A DNA stretch of 62,271 bases, from positions 1 through 62,271 of the IMG/VR virus record IMGVR_UViG_3300050135_000024; one strand, 5' to 3'. The position numbers and the translations under genes were made by a program. The notes under the pieces are model-generated. The model saw only the letters and a list, made by a program, of their open reading frames with translations, ran no database searches and was not told the DNA's origin. Origin of the DNA: a virus (taxonomy: Duplodnaviria > Caudoviricetes). Below are positions 1 through 9,155 of this stretch, piece after piece (position 1 is the stretch's first letter; every line of letters begins with the position of its first letter).

Positions 1-119
1 CCCCACCCCCGTTCGCTCCGGTGTAGTCCATCATAATTTCGTCCCCACCCCCCCCCCCCCCCCCCTTACGGCCCACGAGGCGCCGGTCAAGCCTCGGACC
101 TACTCCAAACGGAGGACCC

Positions 120-1430
120 ATGATGACGACGTTCTCACCCGAGCAGCAGGCGGAGGTGGACCGGATCGTCGGCGAGCGCCTGGCGCGCGACCGGCAGACC
201 CGCGTTACACATGAGCCGCGCACCTACGGCCTTCACTCGCCGCACTCGTTCTACGGCGACTGCGCCGTGCGCCGGTATGAGGATCTGCTCGGGCACCGGG
301 CGGCTGTCGAACGGCTGGCGCGCTACAGCCGCGAGCTGGGGCATGAGATCGACCAGCGCTCCCGTGAGGGTGTGCGGGCCGAGCGGATACTCCGTGCGCG
401 GGAACGCGTGGGCGATGAAGGCGAGCACCGGGCCCGCACGAGCAAACTGCTTGCGGAGCTACGCGGGTTCGGCACCGATGGCGGCATCAGCGCGGCGGCG
501 GCCGGCGAAGCGGCGTCGTTCGTCTCGCCGGCAGTGCTGCTCGCCGAGTGGGCGCCGTTCCGCGGGGCGCAGCGAGTGTTCGCCGACGCATGCCGGTCTC
601 TGCCGCTCCCGGCGTTCGGTATGAAACTGTACGTGCCCTACGTCAGCGGCACGGATGCGGTGGGCGAACAGCCCGAGGGTGGCGCGGTGGCGGAAACCGA
701 GCCGACGACAGCACTCGAAGCCTCGCCGACGGTCGGCACCGTCACCGGGCAGATCACGACGAGCATGCAGCTACACGATCGCGGCGGAAGCGGCGGCGGC
801 AGCCTCGACGCGATCCTCGGCGGCCAGCTGCACGAGCAACTCGACGAAGCGGTCGACAAGTACGCCCTCAACCAGGCGATCAAAAACGGCACGACGATCG
901 CTGGCAACTCGGGCGCCTACTCGAATGAAAAGTTCCTGCAAGACCTAGCGACAGCACGCAAGGAAATCGCCGACGTCTCGGGCACCCGCCTGCGTGCCAC
1001 GCATGTGTTCTCGTCAACGGACTTCTACGGCTTCTACACCAGGCAGTTCGACAAAAACGAACGCCCGTTCATGACGCCGCACTTCGTGCCGAGCTTCCCG
1101 GTGTCCACTGGCGCCGATGACTTCGACGTAGGGGACGCGCCCGCATGGTCGCGCTTCCTAGGCACGGTGATGCCCGGAGGCGTCGTCTGGATGGCTGACG
1201 ACTCGATTCCCAATGTGGGAACCACGACCGGCATTCAGATCCTCGTGTCGGCGCCCGCGACAGCGATCATCCTGTTCAAGGACGATCCCGTGTTGACCAC
1301 GTTCGTGGAAACGAAAGCCGACACACTGCGAGTGATCTTGAACCTGCGGTGCTACGTGGGCGTGGCCACGAGGCATTCAGCGGGGACAAGCATCGTGAGC
1401 GGAGCCGCGTACACTTCGCTGCTCCACTAG
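120..1430 (+). CDS. Major capsid protein (HK97-like fold)
   Basis: 436 aa with a GGAGG RBS. Shows HK97-type elements: E-loop region VGEQPEGGAVAET, TVTGQITTSMQL, LDEAVDKYALNQ and C-terminal TLRVILNLRCYVG. Confidence 0.8.
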   Translation: MMTTFSPEQQAEVDRIVGERLARDRQTRVTHEPRTYGLHSPHSFYGDCAVRRYEDLLGHRAAVERLARYSRELGHEIDQRSREGVRAERILRARERVGDEGEHRARTSKLLAELRGFGTDGGISAAAAGEAASFVSPAVLLAEWAPFRGAQRVFADACRSLPLPAFGMKLYVPYVSGTDAVGEQPEGGAVAETEPTTALEASPTVGTVTGQITTSMQLHDRGGSGGGSLDAILGGQLHEQLDEAVDKYALNQAIKNGTTIAGNSGAYSNEKFLQDLATARKEIADVSGTRLRATHVFSSTDFYGFYTRQFDKNERPFMTPHFVPSFPVSTGADDFDVGDAPAWSRFLGTVMPGGVVWMADDSIPNVGTTTGIQILVSAPATAIILFKDDPVLTTFVETKADTLRVILNLRCYVGVATRHSAGTSIVSGAAYTSLLH

Positions 1431-1436
1431 AATTCG

Positions 1437-1664
1437 ATGGCGAGCGACGGAAAAGAGCGGCCCCCTCAGACGGGGCAAATCCCGGAGGATGGCGATCCGG
1501 GCTCGGGCAACAGGCCGCAAGGCGCTGCACGCACGCTGGGACGCGAGGCGACAAGGCGTCCGGGTAGCTCAACCAGCCCAAACCGCCACCGGATGCTCCG
1601 CCGGTTCGTCACGCGCGGCGGCGAGCTGGTGGAGATCGAGTCCGTAGTCAGGGAGACGCGGTGA
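1437..1664 (+). CDS. Small hypothetical protein
   Basis: ORF directly after the capsid gene; no motif. Confidence 0.4.
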   Translation: MASDGKERPPQTGQIPEDGDPGSGNRPQGAARTLGREATRRPGSSTSPNRHRMLRRFVTRGGELVEIESVVRETR

Positions 1665-1690
1665 GCGTCATCGTGATAGGTTCCCCTTCA

Positions 1691-1868
1691 TACGGCGTGC
1701 TCAGGTCGGGCAAGGCGGGGCATGGCACGGTCGGGTGTGGTCGGGTCCGGTGCGGTGTGGCATGGTGTGGTCGGATTGGGCTCGGTGCGCTTCGGCGCGG
1801 TTGGGCAAGCTGAGGCATGGCGAGGCTGGCCGTGGCGAGGGTCTGAGGCGCGGTATGGCAAGGTTCGG
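1691..1868. repeat. 5-nt periodic YNNGG degenerate tandem repeat (~35 units)
   Basis: 30 in-phase pentamers at 1691-1840 (tacgg cgtgc tcagg tcggg caagg ...), a 3-nt shift, then 5 more units. Confidence 0.9.
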
Positions 1869-1872
1869 GCGA

Positions 1873-2385
1873 ATGTCCGAGCCGGTTGTTCTCGCCAGCC
1901 ACTTGCCCGATGAGCCGATCTTCGAGTCGCAGCGCTTCGAGGTCGTGCCGATCCTGTGCGTTGAGCCCGAGGACTATCACGCTGGAGTCGCGCGCTGGTG
2001 GGGCTCGGACCGCACGATCATCAACCTCGAGCATGACCATGAGGTCAGCGACGAGCTGATCCAGACCCTGCTCGACTGCGACTGCGCGTTCGGAACCTGG
2101 GCCTACTGGCTGGGCATCCCGTCGGGTGGCCCGCACTGGGCTCACCGCACAGGCAAACAGCCCCCATGTGGAGGAGTGTGGATCGAGACGGGCGACGAGT
2201 GGGCGGACTTCGGCGGGATCGGGTTCTGCAAGATCGAGCCGAGCGTGCGCGTGCGGCCGTTGCCTGAGCAGACCTGGCAGTTCGTGGACATCGCCGTGTT
2301 CCAAGCAGTCGATGAGCGGGTGCATGTTCATTGGAAAGCCGACCCGGACGGTAACCTCATCGGTGTCGAGCACCTCCACCGATAG
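1873..2385 (+). CDS. Small GT-A-like glycosyltransferase
   Basis: IINLEHD (DxD-like), GIGFCK and C-terminal HVH..HLH; apparent paralogue of 4808-5338. Confidence 0.5.
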   Translation: MSEPVVLASHLPDEPIFESQRFEVVPILCVEPEDYHAGVARWWGSDRTIINLEHDHEVSDELIQTLLDCDCAFGTWAYWLGIPSGGPHWAHRTGKQPPCGGVWIETGDEWADFGGIGFCKIEPSVRVRPLPEQTWQFVDIAVFQAVDERVHVHWKADPDGNLIGVEHLHR

Positions 2386-2395
2386 GGAGCGCCCG

Positions 2396-2635
2396 TTGGA
2401 TTCGGTGTGGACCGTAGGCGAGGACGTATACGAGCGTCACGATCCCGACTTCATAGCCGCGACATTTGACGATGCGGTCGCGCTCGTCAAGGGCGAGCCG
2501 CACTCTCGTGACGAGTGGACCCTCGTGGCCGATGGCGAAGACTGCTGGCGGCTCTACAACGGACCCGAGCAGGACTTCAAGTACACGATGTGGCACATCC
2601 GGCGCTTCGATGTCGTTCGCGCCCCTCCCGGGTAA
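2396..2635 (+). CDS. Hypothetical protein
   Basis: TTG start after AGGGAG; protein-like composition. Confidence 0.5.
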   Translation: MDSVWTVGEDVYERHDPDFIAATFDDAVALVKGEPHSRDEWTLVADGEDCWRLYNGPEQDFKYTMWHIRRFDVVRAPPG

Positions 2636-2636
2636 G

Positions 2637-3140
2637 ATGCAAGGAGTGGACTCGACGATCAAGATCGGGCTGGACTCGTCGGACGTGGACGCGCTCATCG
2701 AGAAGCTGGAGCGAGCGACGGAGCTTGCGTCGGGGCTCGCTGACCTGTGGCCATATCTCCGGCCACGCGTGCAGGCGCGCGACTACGCGGCGGAGCCGAT
2801 CACGCATGCCGAGCGCGAGTCCGACCGCAAGTTCTTTGCTGATGCGGCAGCGCCGAAGGGCGCGGTCAACATCAATGTGCCCCCGATGGATGCCGCAGCG
2901 ATTGCACGCGAGTTCGCTGCTCGGCCACCAGATGCCACCGAGGATGGTTTGACCGACGCCGAGCGCGTCATCAGCGAGCACCTCGTCGAGGCGGTCAAGG
3001 CCTTCGGCAAGCTTGATCGCCAGCACCCCAGCGAGCTGCGCGAATTCGTTGACGGCATCCACGCCTGCCAGAACCAGCTCGCATGGCGGATCGTTCAGCG
3101 CCACTACCCGAAGGCGTGGCCGATCAAGCCCGTCGAGTGA
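2637..3140 (+). CDS. Hypothetical protein
   Basis: Coupled ORF; start at ATG 2637 or GTG 2646. Confidence 0.55.
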   Translation: MQGVDSTIKIGLDSSDVDALIEKLERATELASGLADLWPYLRPRVQARDYAAEPITHAERESDRKFFADAAAPKGAVNINVPPMDAAAIAREFAARPPDATEDGLTDAERVISEHLVEAVKAFGKLDRQHPSELREFVDGIHACQNQLAWRIVQRHYPKAWPIKPVE

Positions 3141-3751
3141 ACCTCGCCGCGTGGTTCCACTGCTGGACACCGGGCGACTGGTCTGAGCCCACGATCGAGT
3201 TCGCCGACGCCTTGCAGGAGTCTGGGTTCGCTGGCCCGGTCTTCCTCGGGCTCATCGGCGACCCGCTCTGGTGCGCATCCGCTCATGGCGTGTTCCCCGA
3301 GGCGCAGGTCGCGGTCGAAGCCGAGACTGGCTTTGAGCAGGTCACGCTCGCCAAGGTCCGCGAGTACGCGCTCGAGCATGACGGGGCGTGCCTTTACGGA
3401 CACACCAAGGGTTCGGCGGACGTGACGGACTTCCGGGCGAAATGGCGCCGGAGCATGACACGGCTGGTCGTCTCGGACTGGCGGATCAACCTCCAGCACC
3501 TCGACCGCTTCGACGCGGTGGGCTGCCACTGGCTCACCCGCGAGGGCTTCCCAGGCTTCGAGCAGGAGTTCCCCGACGGAACACCGTTCTTCGGCGGCAA
3601 CTTCTGGATGGCCCGCTGCGACTACCTGCGCACGCTCCCGGAGCCTTCGACACGGAGCCGGTTCGATGCTGAGCGGTGGATCGGGCTGGGCGAGCCGCGT
3701 GTGCTCAATCTTCTGCCGGGGTGGCCGGCGGCTAGCCTGTTCGTCACGTGA
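3137..3751 (+). CDS. Putative glycosyltransferase (RgpF-like HTKG/GGNFW type)
   Basis: LYGHTKG and FFGGNFWMAR motifs; GTGA coupling at both ends. Confidence 0.55.
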   Translation: MNLAAWFHCWTPGDWSEPTIEFADALQESGFAGPVFLGLIGDPLWCASAHGVFPEAQVAVEAETGFEQVTLAKVREYALEHDGACLYGHTKGSADVTDFRAKWRRSMTRLVVSDWRINLQHLDRFDAVGCHWLTREGFPGFEQEFPDGTPFFGGNFWMARCDYLRTLPEPSTRSRFDAERWIGLGEPRVLNLLPGWPAASLFVT

Positions 3752-4305
3752 CCTGTATCGCTGGCATCGAGCACGACGGGAAGGTGTGGATCGGCGGCGA
3801 CTCGGCGGGAAGCAATGGCCGCTCGCTGACGATCCGGGCCGACGAGAAGGTCTGGTCCGACAAGGGCTTCGCGTTCGGCTTCACGAGCAGCTTTCGCATG
3901 GGCCAGCTCTTGCGCTACAAGCTGACGCTCGCGCTGGAGCGCCATGAGGTCCCAGCGGACGACGCGGCAGCCGAGATCAAGTTCATGTCCACGGCGTTCA
4001 TCGATGGCGTGCGCACTGTGCTCAAAGAGGGCGGCTACGCGAAAGCTCTCAATGGCGTCGAGAGTGGCGGCACGTTCCTTGTCGGCTGGCGCGGCAAGCT
4101 CTACCAAGTCGAGGATGACTTCCAGGTCGGGCGCGCGAGCGCTGGCTTTGATGCCGTCGGTTCGGGCGGTGACTGTGCAGTCGGCGCGCTGTACGCGCTG
4201 CGGCAGCTCAAGCAGACCCCGGAAGCTAAGCTGCTCACCGCCCTTGAGGCCGCCCAAGAGCTGACGCCGTATGTGCGCGGGCCGTTCAAGGTCGTATCGG
4301 CGTGA
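3748..4305 (+). CDS. HslV/proteasome-beta-like Ntn peptidase
   Basis: N-terminal MTCIAGI (Thr nucleophile), GGDS, K, and AVGSGG..A.GAL. Confidence 0.8.
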   Translation: MTCIAGIEHDGKVWIGGDSAGSNGRSLTIRADEKVWSDKGFAFGFTSSFRMGQLLRYKLTLALERHEVPADDAAAEIKFMSTAFIDGVRTVLKEGGYAKALNGVESGGTFLVGWRGKLYQVEDDFQVGRASAGFDAVGSGGDCAVGALYALRQLKQTPEAKLLTALEAAQELTPYVRGPFKVVSA

Positions 4306-4337
4306 CGGGCCACGAGACCAGCGGCTAGCCTGTTCGT

Positions 4338-4811
4338 GTGAGCGACCGTCCGCGCAATGGCGACGAACCGTGGAGGGAGTTGCCACGCGGGCTCAGCGTG
4401 GCGGCGCTGCCCGAGGGCGTTATGGCGTTCGGGCATCAGATGGTCCGAGCGATTGGCCCGGCGGGGGAGCAGCACGAGCTTGTCCAGCAGATCGAGCGTG
4501 AGGCGGTCAAGCACAAAGCCTCCAGGGTCTTTCTGAGCAAGTGCTACTTTCGCGTGTTGCCTCAGACCTACGGCGGCGGTGTCCTCGGCGGCAAGATGTT
4601 GCTCGAACAGCACTACTGCTACGCGACGTTCACCGATATCGCGGTGCCGGTCCACGTCGAACGTCGCAAGGATGCGATCGGCGAGTACGAGGAGCGCTGG
4701 ATGATCGAGCCGCCGGCCGAGACCATCCCTTACCGTGTGCTGGACGACTCGTGGAACGATGACTATTCGGCGCGGACGATTCGGCGCTGGCAAGTGATAA
4801 GTCGCTCGTGA
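4338..4811 (+). CDS. Hypothetical protein
   Basis: GTGA-coupled ORF between duplicated junction sequences. Confidence 0.55.
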   Translation: MSDRPRNGDEPWRELPRGLSVAALPEGVMAFGHQMVRAIGPAGEQHELVQQIEREAVKHKASRVFLSKCYFRVLPQTYGGGVLGGKMLLEQHYCYATFTDIAVPVHVERRKDAIGEYEERWMIEPPAETIPYRVLDDSWNDDYSARTIRRWQVISRS

Positions 4812-5338
4812 GGGGCCACGAGACCAGCGTGGTGATGCCCTACGTTCCGCCGCTTCGCCCCGAGGTGGTGCAGGCACTCGCAGGCTGGGATGTGGCGTTC
4901 GTCGATGTGTCCGGGAGCGACGAGGCGTACTGGCAACTGCTCGCCGACCTGTGGGCCAAGGGCGCCGGATTCCTCATCATCGAGCACGACATTCTCGTCA
5001 GGCCCGACTCCCTCGACGAGCTTGTGGCCTGCCATGAGCCGTGGTGCAGCTTCCAGGTTCCCTATGTCGGCCGGGTCTACGCGGGCCTGTCGTGCGCGAA
5101 GTTCTCGGCCGGCCTGATCGCCCGGTATCCCGACGCGCTTGACCGGATCGCCGAACTTGAAGACGAGAGGCATCCACCTAAGCATTGGTGTCGTCTAGAT
5201 AGTCATCTACAGTCGCACGTGTTGAATCCTGGAGGCGAGACGATGCATGTGCATGGGCCACCGTTGGGGCACCTTCGGGACGACTTGTCGCCCGCGAGCC
5301 CGTGGGCGATCGCGCCAGCGCACGACTGCTGGCGGTAA
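4808..5338 (+). CDS. Small GT-A-like glycosyltransferase
   Basis: FLIIEHDILV, GLSCAKF, HWCRLD and HVH..GHL. Confidence 0.55.
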   Translation: MRGHETSVVMPYVPPLRPEVVQALAGWDVAFVDVSGSDEAYWQLLADLWAKGAGFLIIEHDILVRPDSLDELVACHEPWCSFQVPYVGRVYAGLSCAKFSAGLIARYPDALDRIAELEDERHPPKHWCRLDSHLQSHVLNPGGETMHVHGPPLGHLRDDLSPASPWAIAPAHDCWR

Positions 5339-5359
5339 ACAATCCGAAACGGAGCTGCG

Positions 5360-5653
5360 ATGGGACTACACAAGCGGACGAACAAGGCGGGCAAACTCGA
5401 CGGGCAGGCGCCCGAGGTCGAGTTCGAGAAGGTCTACCGGGACCGGATCACCGGGTTCGAGGGCAAGTGCACGGGGTTCGTGAGCTACATCAGCGGCTGC
5501 GACCAGGTGTTGCTGCACGCCGGGCTCGACAAGGACGGCAAGATGCAGGCAGGCCAGTGGTTTGACGACGATCGGCTGATCGACGTCGAGGCCGAGGAGC
5601 AGGTCGCGAGCAAAGCACGCCGAGGCGCGGACACGCCAGCACCCGTGCGCTAA
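5360..5653 (+). CDS. Conserved-looking phage hypothetical protein
   Basis: RDRITGFEGxCTG..Y.SGCDQ...WFD pattern typical of small phage beta-barrel proteins. Confidence 0.65.
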   Translation: MGLHKRTNKAGKLDGQAPEVEFEKVYRDRITGFEGKCTGFVSYISGCDQVLLHAGLDKDGKMQAGQWFDDDRLIDVEAEEQVASKARRGADTPAPVR

Positions 5654-5709
5654 GCGCCGCAGGCGAAGATGGAAGTCCAGCGCGACCCGTCGTGGCCCTG
5701 GCGGCGCCC

Positions 5710-6366
5710 ATGAGCTTCGCCCTGACGGTCACCACCGACGGCCGCGGTGACTATCTGCTCCAGGCCATCGACAGCCTGCGCGTGTCGCTGGACCCGTGGC
5801 CGGAGTGGCGCTGCATGGTCGATGACTCGGGCGACCCGGCCTACGCTGCCATGCTGCGCCGATGCCATAGGGACTTCCTGATCCGCGCCCACACGGGGCG
5901 ACATGGCCTCGCCGCTGCAGTCCGGTCAGCGTGGTTGCTGGCGTTCGCCGGCCGAAGCCGCTACATCTTCCACGCCGAGGACGACTTCATCTACCGCGAG
6001 CCCGTCGACCTCGCAGGCATGGCCCGACTGCTTGACGAGAACCCGCATCTAGCCCAGGTGGTGCTCAAGCGACAGCCGTGGGGCGAGGATGAGATCGCCG
6101 CAGGCGGCCAAATCGAGGTCGCGCCCAGCGAGTACACCGACCGTGAGGGGTTCGTCGAACACCGGCGTCTGTTCAGCCTGAACCCGTCGCTGATCCGCCG
6201 CGAGGCGATCGAGCTGGCCTTGGCCGAGCCCGGCGACGGACTCGAGCGCGGCATCACCGACACGCTGCTCGAGCACGGCTATTCGTTCGCCTACTGGGGT
6301 GCGCGCAAGGACGCCCCGCGGTGCGAGCACATCGGCGTGCGCCGCTCGGAGGGCTATCGATGGTGA
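5710..6366 (+). CDS. Glycosyltransferase, GT2-like
   Basis: TTDGR..YL, VDDSG, IFHAEDDF, LNPSL and EHIG motifs. Confidence 0.8.
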   Translation: MSFALTVTTDGRGDYLLQAIDSLRVSLDPWPEWRCMVDDSGDPAYAAMLRRCHRDFLIRAHTGRHGLAAAVRSAWLLAFAGRSRYIFHAEDDFIYREPVDLAGMARLLDENPHLAQVVLKRQPWGEDEIAAGGQIEVAPSEYTDREGFVEHRRLFSLNPSLIRREAIELALAEPGDGLERGITDTLLEHGYSFAYWGARKDAPRCEHIGVRRSEGYRW

Positions 6367-6893
6367 CGCTGATCGGCACGGGCTCGCACAGCCGCGACAT
6401 ACAGGCGATCGCCGCCCGACGTGGCCAGCAGCTACGGGTAGTCGAGGGCGACGACTTCGACGCCTACTGCGGCGATCTGATCCTGGTCGGCATCAATGAT
6501 CCGCGCACGCGCCGACTGGTAGCGCAGCGCTGGGGCGGCTGGGCGATGCCGCTGATCGACCCGAGCGCCATCTGCGGCGCCGGCGTGGGCATCGACTTCG
6601 GCTGCGTGATCGCCCCGAACGCCATCCTGCTCACAGGCGTGACCCTCGGCGCGCACGTCCACATCAACTACGCGTCTGCGCTCACCCGCTGCACGGTCGG
6701 GGCGTTCACGACGATCGCCCCAGGCGTCACGATTTGCGGCGACGTCCAGATCGGCGAGGCCGTGTTCATCGGCGCGGGCGCCACGATCTGCAACCTGCTG
6801 AAGATCGGCGACGGGGCAACGATCGCCGCCGGCGCCGTGGTGATCCATGACGTGCCCGCGGGCGAGACAGTGAGAGGAGTGCCAGCGGCATGA
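6360..6893 (+). CDS. NeuD/PglD-like sugar O-acetyltransferase
   Basis: LIGTGSH N-terminus, hexapeptide left-handed beta-helix repeats, IAAGAVV..DVP...GVPA. Confidence 0.85.
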   Translation: MVTLIGTGSHSRDIQAIAARRGQQLRVVEGDDFDAYCGDLILVGINDPRTRRLVAQRWGGWAMPLIDPSAICGAGVGIDFGCVIAPNAILLTGVTLGAHVHINYASALTRCTVGAFTTIAPGVTICGDVQIGEAVFIGAGATICNLLKIGDGATIAAGAVVIHDVPAGETVRGVPAA

Positions 6894-7183
6894 TCGGCTA
6901 CGACATCGACGGCGTTGTCACGGCGGGCGTTGTCCCGGGGCCGGGATCGGTCGTGATCTCTGGCCGCACCTTCGCCGAGTACGACGACATCTGCCGGGAG
7001 CTTGCCCAGCGCCTGCCGGTCTACATTCGCGGCGTCGGCGCGTTCGGCGACGAGGAGGCGGCCGGGCGCTTCAAGGCCATGATGATCCGCCATCTCGGGG
7101 TGACGCGCTTCCACGAGGACAGCCCGCCGCAGGTGGAGATCATCCGGGCCGCGTGCCCCGACGTGGAAATCGTGACGCCGTGA
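6890..7183 (+). CDS. Minimal HAD-like phosphatase
   Basis: GYDIDGV, ISGR, K and FHEDS correspond to HAD motifs I-IV. Confidence 0.65.
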   Translation: MIGYDIDGVVTAGVVPGPGSVVISGRTFAEYDDICRELAQRLPVYIRGVGAFGDEEAAGRFKAMMIRHLGVTRFHEDSPPQVEIIRAACPDVEIVTP

Positions 7184-7866
7184 TCGTCACCAGACGCGGC
7201 GTCACCTGGGACGTAGACGAACCGCCCTTCGAGCCGCCTTACACCGAAGGCCCAACCCCCGGCTTCTGGAACGAATGGGCGGCCGACAACTGGGAGCGCG
7301 ACACGCTGGACGTGATGGCCCGGTTCGTCAAGCCCGGCCAGACGTTCGTGGATCTCGGCGCGTGCATCGGTGCTCTGTCGATGTGGGCCGCGCGCCACGG
7401 CGCCGACGTCGTCGCTGTCGAGCCCGACCCCGTGGCTTACGAGTACCTCGTGCGTCACTGCGAGCGCAACGTGCCCGGCAAGGTGCGCTGCGTGCGCGCC
7501 GCAGTCGCCGACTATGACGGCACCTGCACGATCTCAAGCCACCCCCAGGGCTGGGCGTCGTCGATGTCCTCCGTGATCCGCTACGCCGACAGCGAGAAAA
7601 GCGAGACGGTGCCGTGCTTCACGTTGCAGCGGATCTTCGCCGACTACCAGATCCAGGACTGCTGCCTGGTCAAGATGGACATCGAGGGCATGGAGGCGCT
7701 CGTCTTGGAGAGCGTCGCCCCGTTCCTTGCCGCCAAGGGCGTCCCGCTGCATCTCTCCACACACGAGCCGTTCTGGCCCAACCCTGTTGACCCGGCATGG
7801 TTCGGTGGGTTCTCGGAGCTGGAGGGCCGGCTCGGGGGCTGGGAGCATGTGGTGGCGGTCCCGTGA
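7180..7866 (+). CDS. FkbM-family SAM methyltransferase
   Basis: FVDLGACIG, VAVEPDP and VKMDIEG.E. Confidence 0.9.
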   Translation: MIVTRRGVTWDVDEPPFEPPYTEGPTPGFWNEWAADNWERDTLDVMARFVKPGQTFVDLGACIGALSMWAARHGADVVAVEPDPVAYEYLVRHCERNVPGKVRCVRAAVADYDGTCTISSHPQGWASSMSSVIRYADSEKSETVPCFTLQRIFADYQIQDCCLVKMDIEGMEALVLESVAPFLAAKGVPLHLSTHEPFWPNPVDPAWFGGFSELEGRLGGWEHVVAVP

Positions 7867-8594
7867 TGCTGGCCCTGATCGGCACCTCGAAGAACGAGGG
7901 CGACATTATGGAGTGCTGGCTGCGCCATCATCTCGCCGAGGGCGTGGACCTGATCTTGGTCGCCGATGCGTCTGACCCTGGCGAGGGAACACGCGAGACC
8001 CTGATTTGCTTGGCCGACGAGACGGGCTGCGTCTACTGGCAGGATGCGCCCGGCCCGATCCATCGCCAGCCCGAGCTGATGAACGAGCTTGCGGAGCGCG
8101 CGCGCCAGGCCGGTGCAGATTGGGTGCTCGCCTCCGACATCGACGAGCTGTGGACCGCCACGACCCGCGAGTCCGTCGCGTCGCTGCTCGCCGTCTGCCC
8201 CTGCGACACGCTCACCGCGAAACGCTACCTGCACCACGATTGGGACCATCGCCGTGTCGAGCCCGAGCGCCTCGGCAAGATCGCCTTCCGCCCGCGCCCC
8301 GACCGGCTACTGACCAACGGCAACCACGCCGTCAGCGACCTTGGCCTCACGACGCTGGTCGACGTCCTCGAGATCCGCGAGCTGCACTACCGAGGCTTCG
8401 AGCACTTCCTGCGTAAGGTCAGCGAACGCAACGCCACGCTGGACCCGGCCGCGCGCGCCCGCGGCGACGGCTCCCACCACACCCGCTTGGAAGGGATGAG
8501 CGAGCAGGAGCTCCGCGCAGAGTACGACGCGTGGCTTGCCGTGCCGACCGTGTATGACCCGATCCCGTCGAGGACGACATGCAGGCCGGGCTAG
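7866..8594 (+). CDS. Glycosyltransferase, GT2-like (Glyco_tranf_2_4 type)
   Basis: KNEGD..ECWLRHH, WVLASDIDE, GNH and LHYR. Confidence 0.85.
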   Translation: MLALIGTSKNEGDIMECWLRHHLAEGVDLILVADASDPGEGTRETLICLADETGCVYWQDAPGPIHRQPELMNELAERARQAGADWVLASDIDELWTATTRESVASLLAVCPCDTLTAKRYLHHDWDHRRVEPERLGKIAFRPRPDRLLTNGNHAVSDLGLTTLVDVLEIRELHYRGFEHFLRKVSERNATLDPAARARGDGSHHTRLEGMSEQELRAEYDAWLAVPTVYDPIPSRTTCRPG

Positions 8595-9022
8595 ATCCAT
8601 TGCCAGCAGATGCGGCAGACGCGGTCGCTCTGTAGTCGGTGACCGAGTATGCGACAGCGAGCACGGCGCCACCCGTAAGGAACGCATCGGAGGACGCGCC
8701 CGCGCCACCATTGACGCGGTGAACGCACTGCGTACCGGCAGTTGGCGCAGAGCGTCTCGATTCGCTGCTGGGTGGTCCGATCCTCCCCGAAGAACCCTGT
8801 CGGCCAGCCGTAGTAGGGACGCGCGCCAACGTTCAGAACACCCTCCGAATCCTCGCGGGGCGCATAGCCGCAGCGCACGTATTTCTCATCGAAGCCGAGG
8901 TCCCATTCCCAGCCGCACTCGCAGCAGCACGGCCCGTCGTGCCCGCGAACGAGATCGCAGCCGTGCGAGCCCCAGTAGACGCGGCAGTCCGGCGCTCGGT
9001 CGTCGTGACACCACAGGCGCAT
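8591..9022 (-). CDS. Cys/Trp-rich hypothetical protein antisense to the operon
   Basis: C..YWGSHGC...GH.G.CCCEC metal-binding-like motif; fills a gap in + strand coding. Confidence 0.55.
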   Translation of the reverse strand: MRLWCHDDRAPDCRVYWGSHGCDLVRGHDGPCCCECGWEWDLGFDEKYVRCGYAPREDSEGVLNVGARPYYGWPTGFFGEDRTTQQRIETLCANCRYAVRSPRQWWRGRVLRCVPYGWRRARCRILGHRLQSDRVCRICWQWI

Positions 9023-9155
9023 TCCGAACGGCAGCAACACAAGCTCGTCTACGAGCTCGGTATAGAACCATCGCCCTCCGCCTGCGGTCTCGCCACTATT
9101 GGTCAGACCGACGATGCTCATCGCCGGAAGCATAAGGCCGGGAGGCGCGAACGAC

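Noticed and set aside
1722-1913. ORFs across the pentamer array (G/R/W-rich peptides)
   Set aside because: Composition is a by-product of the 5-nt repeat; the next credible gene starts at 1873.
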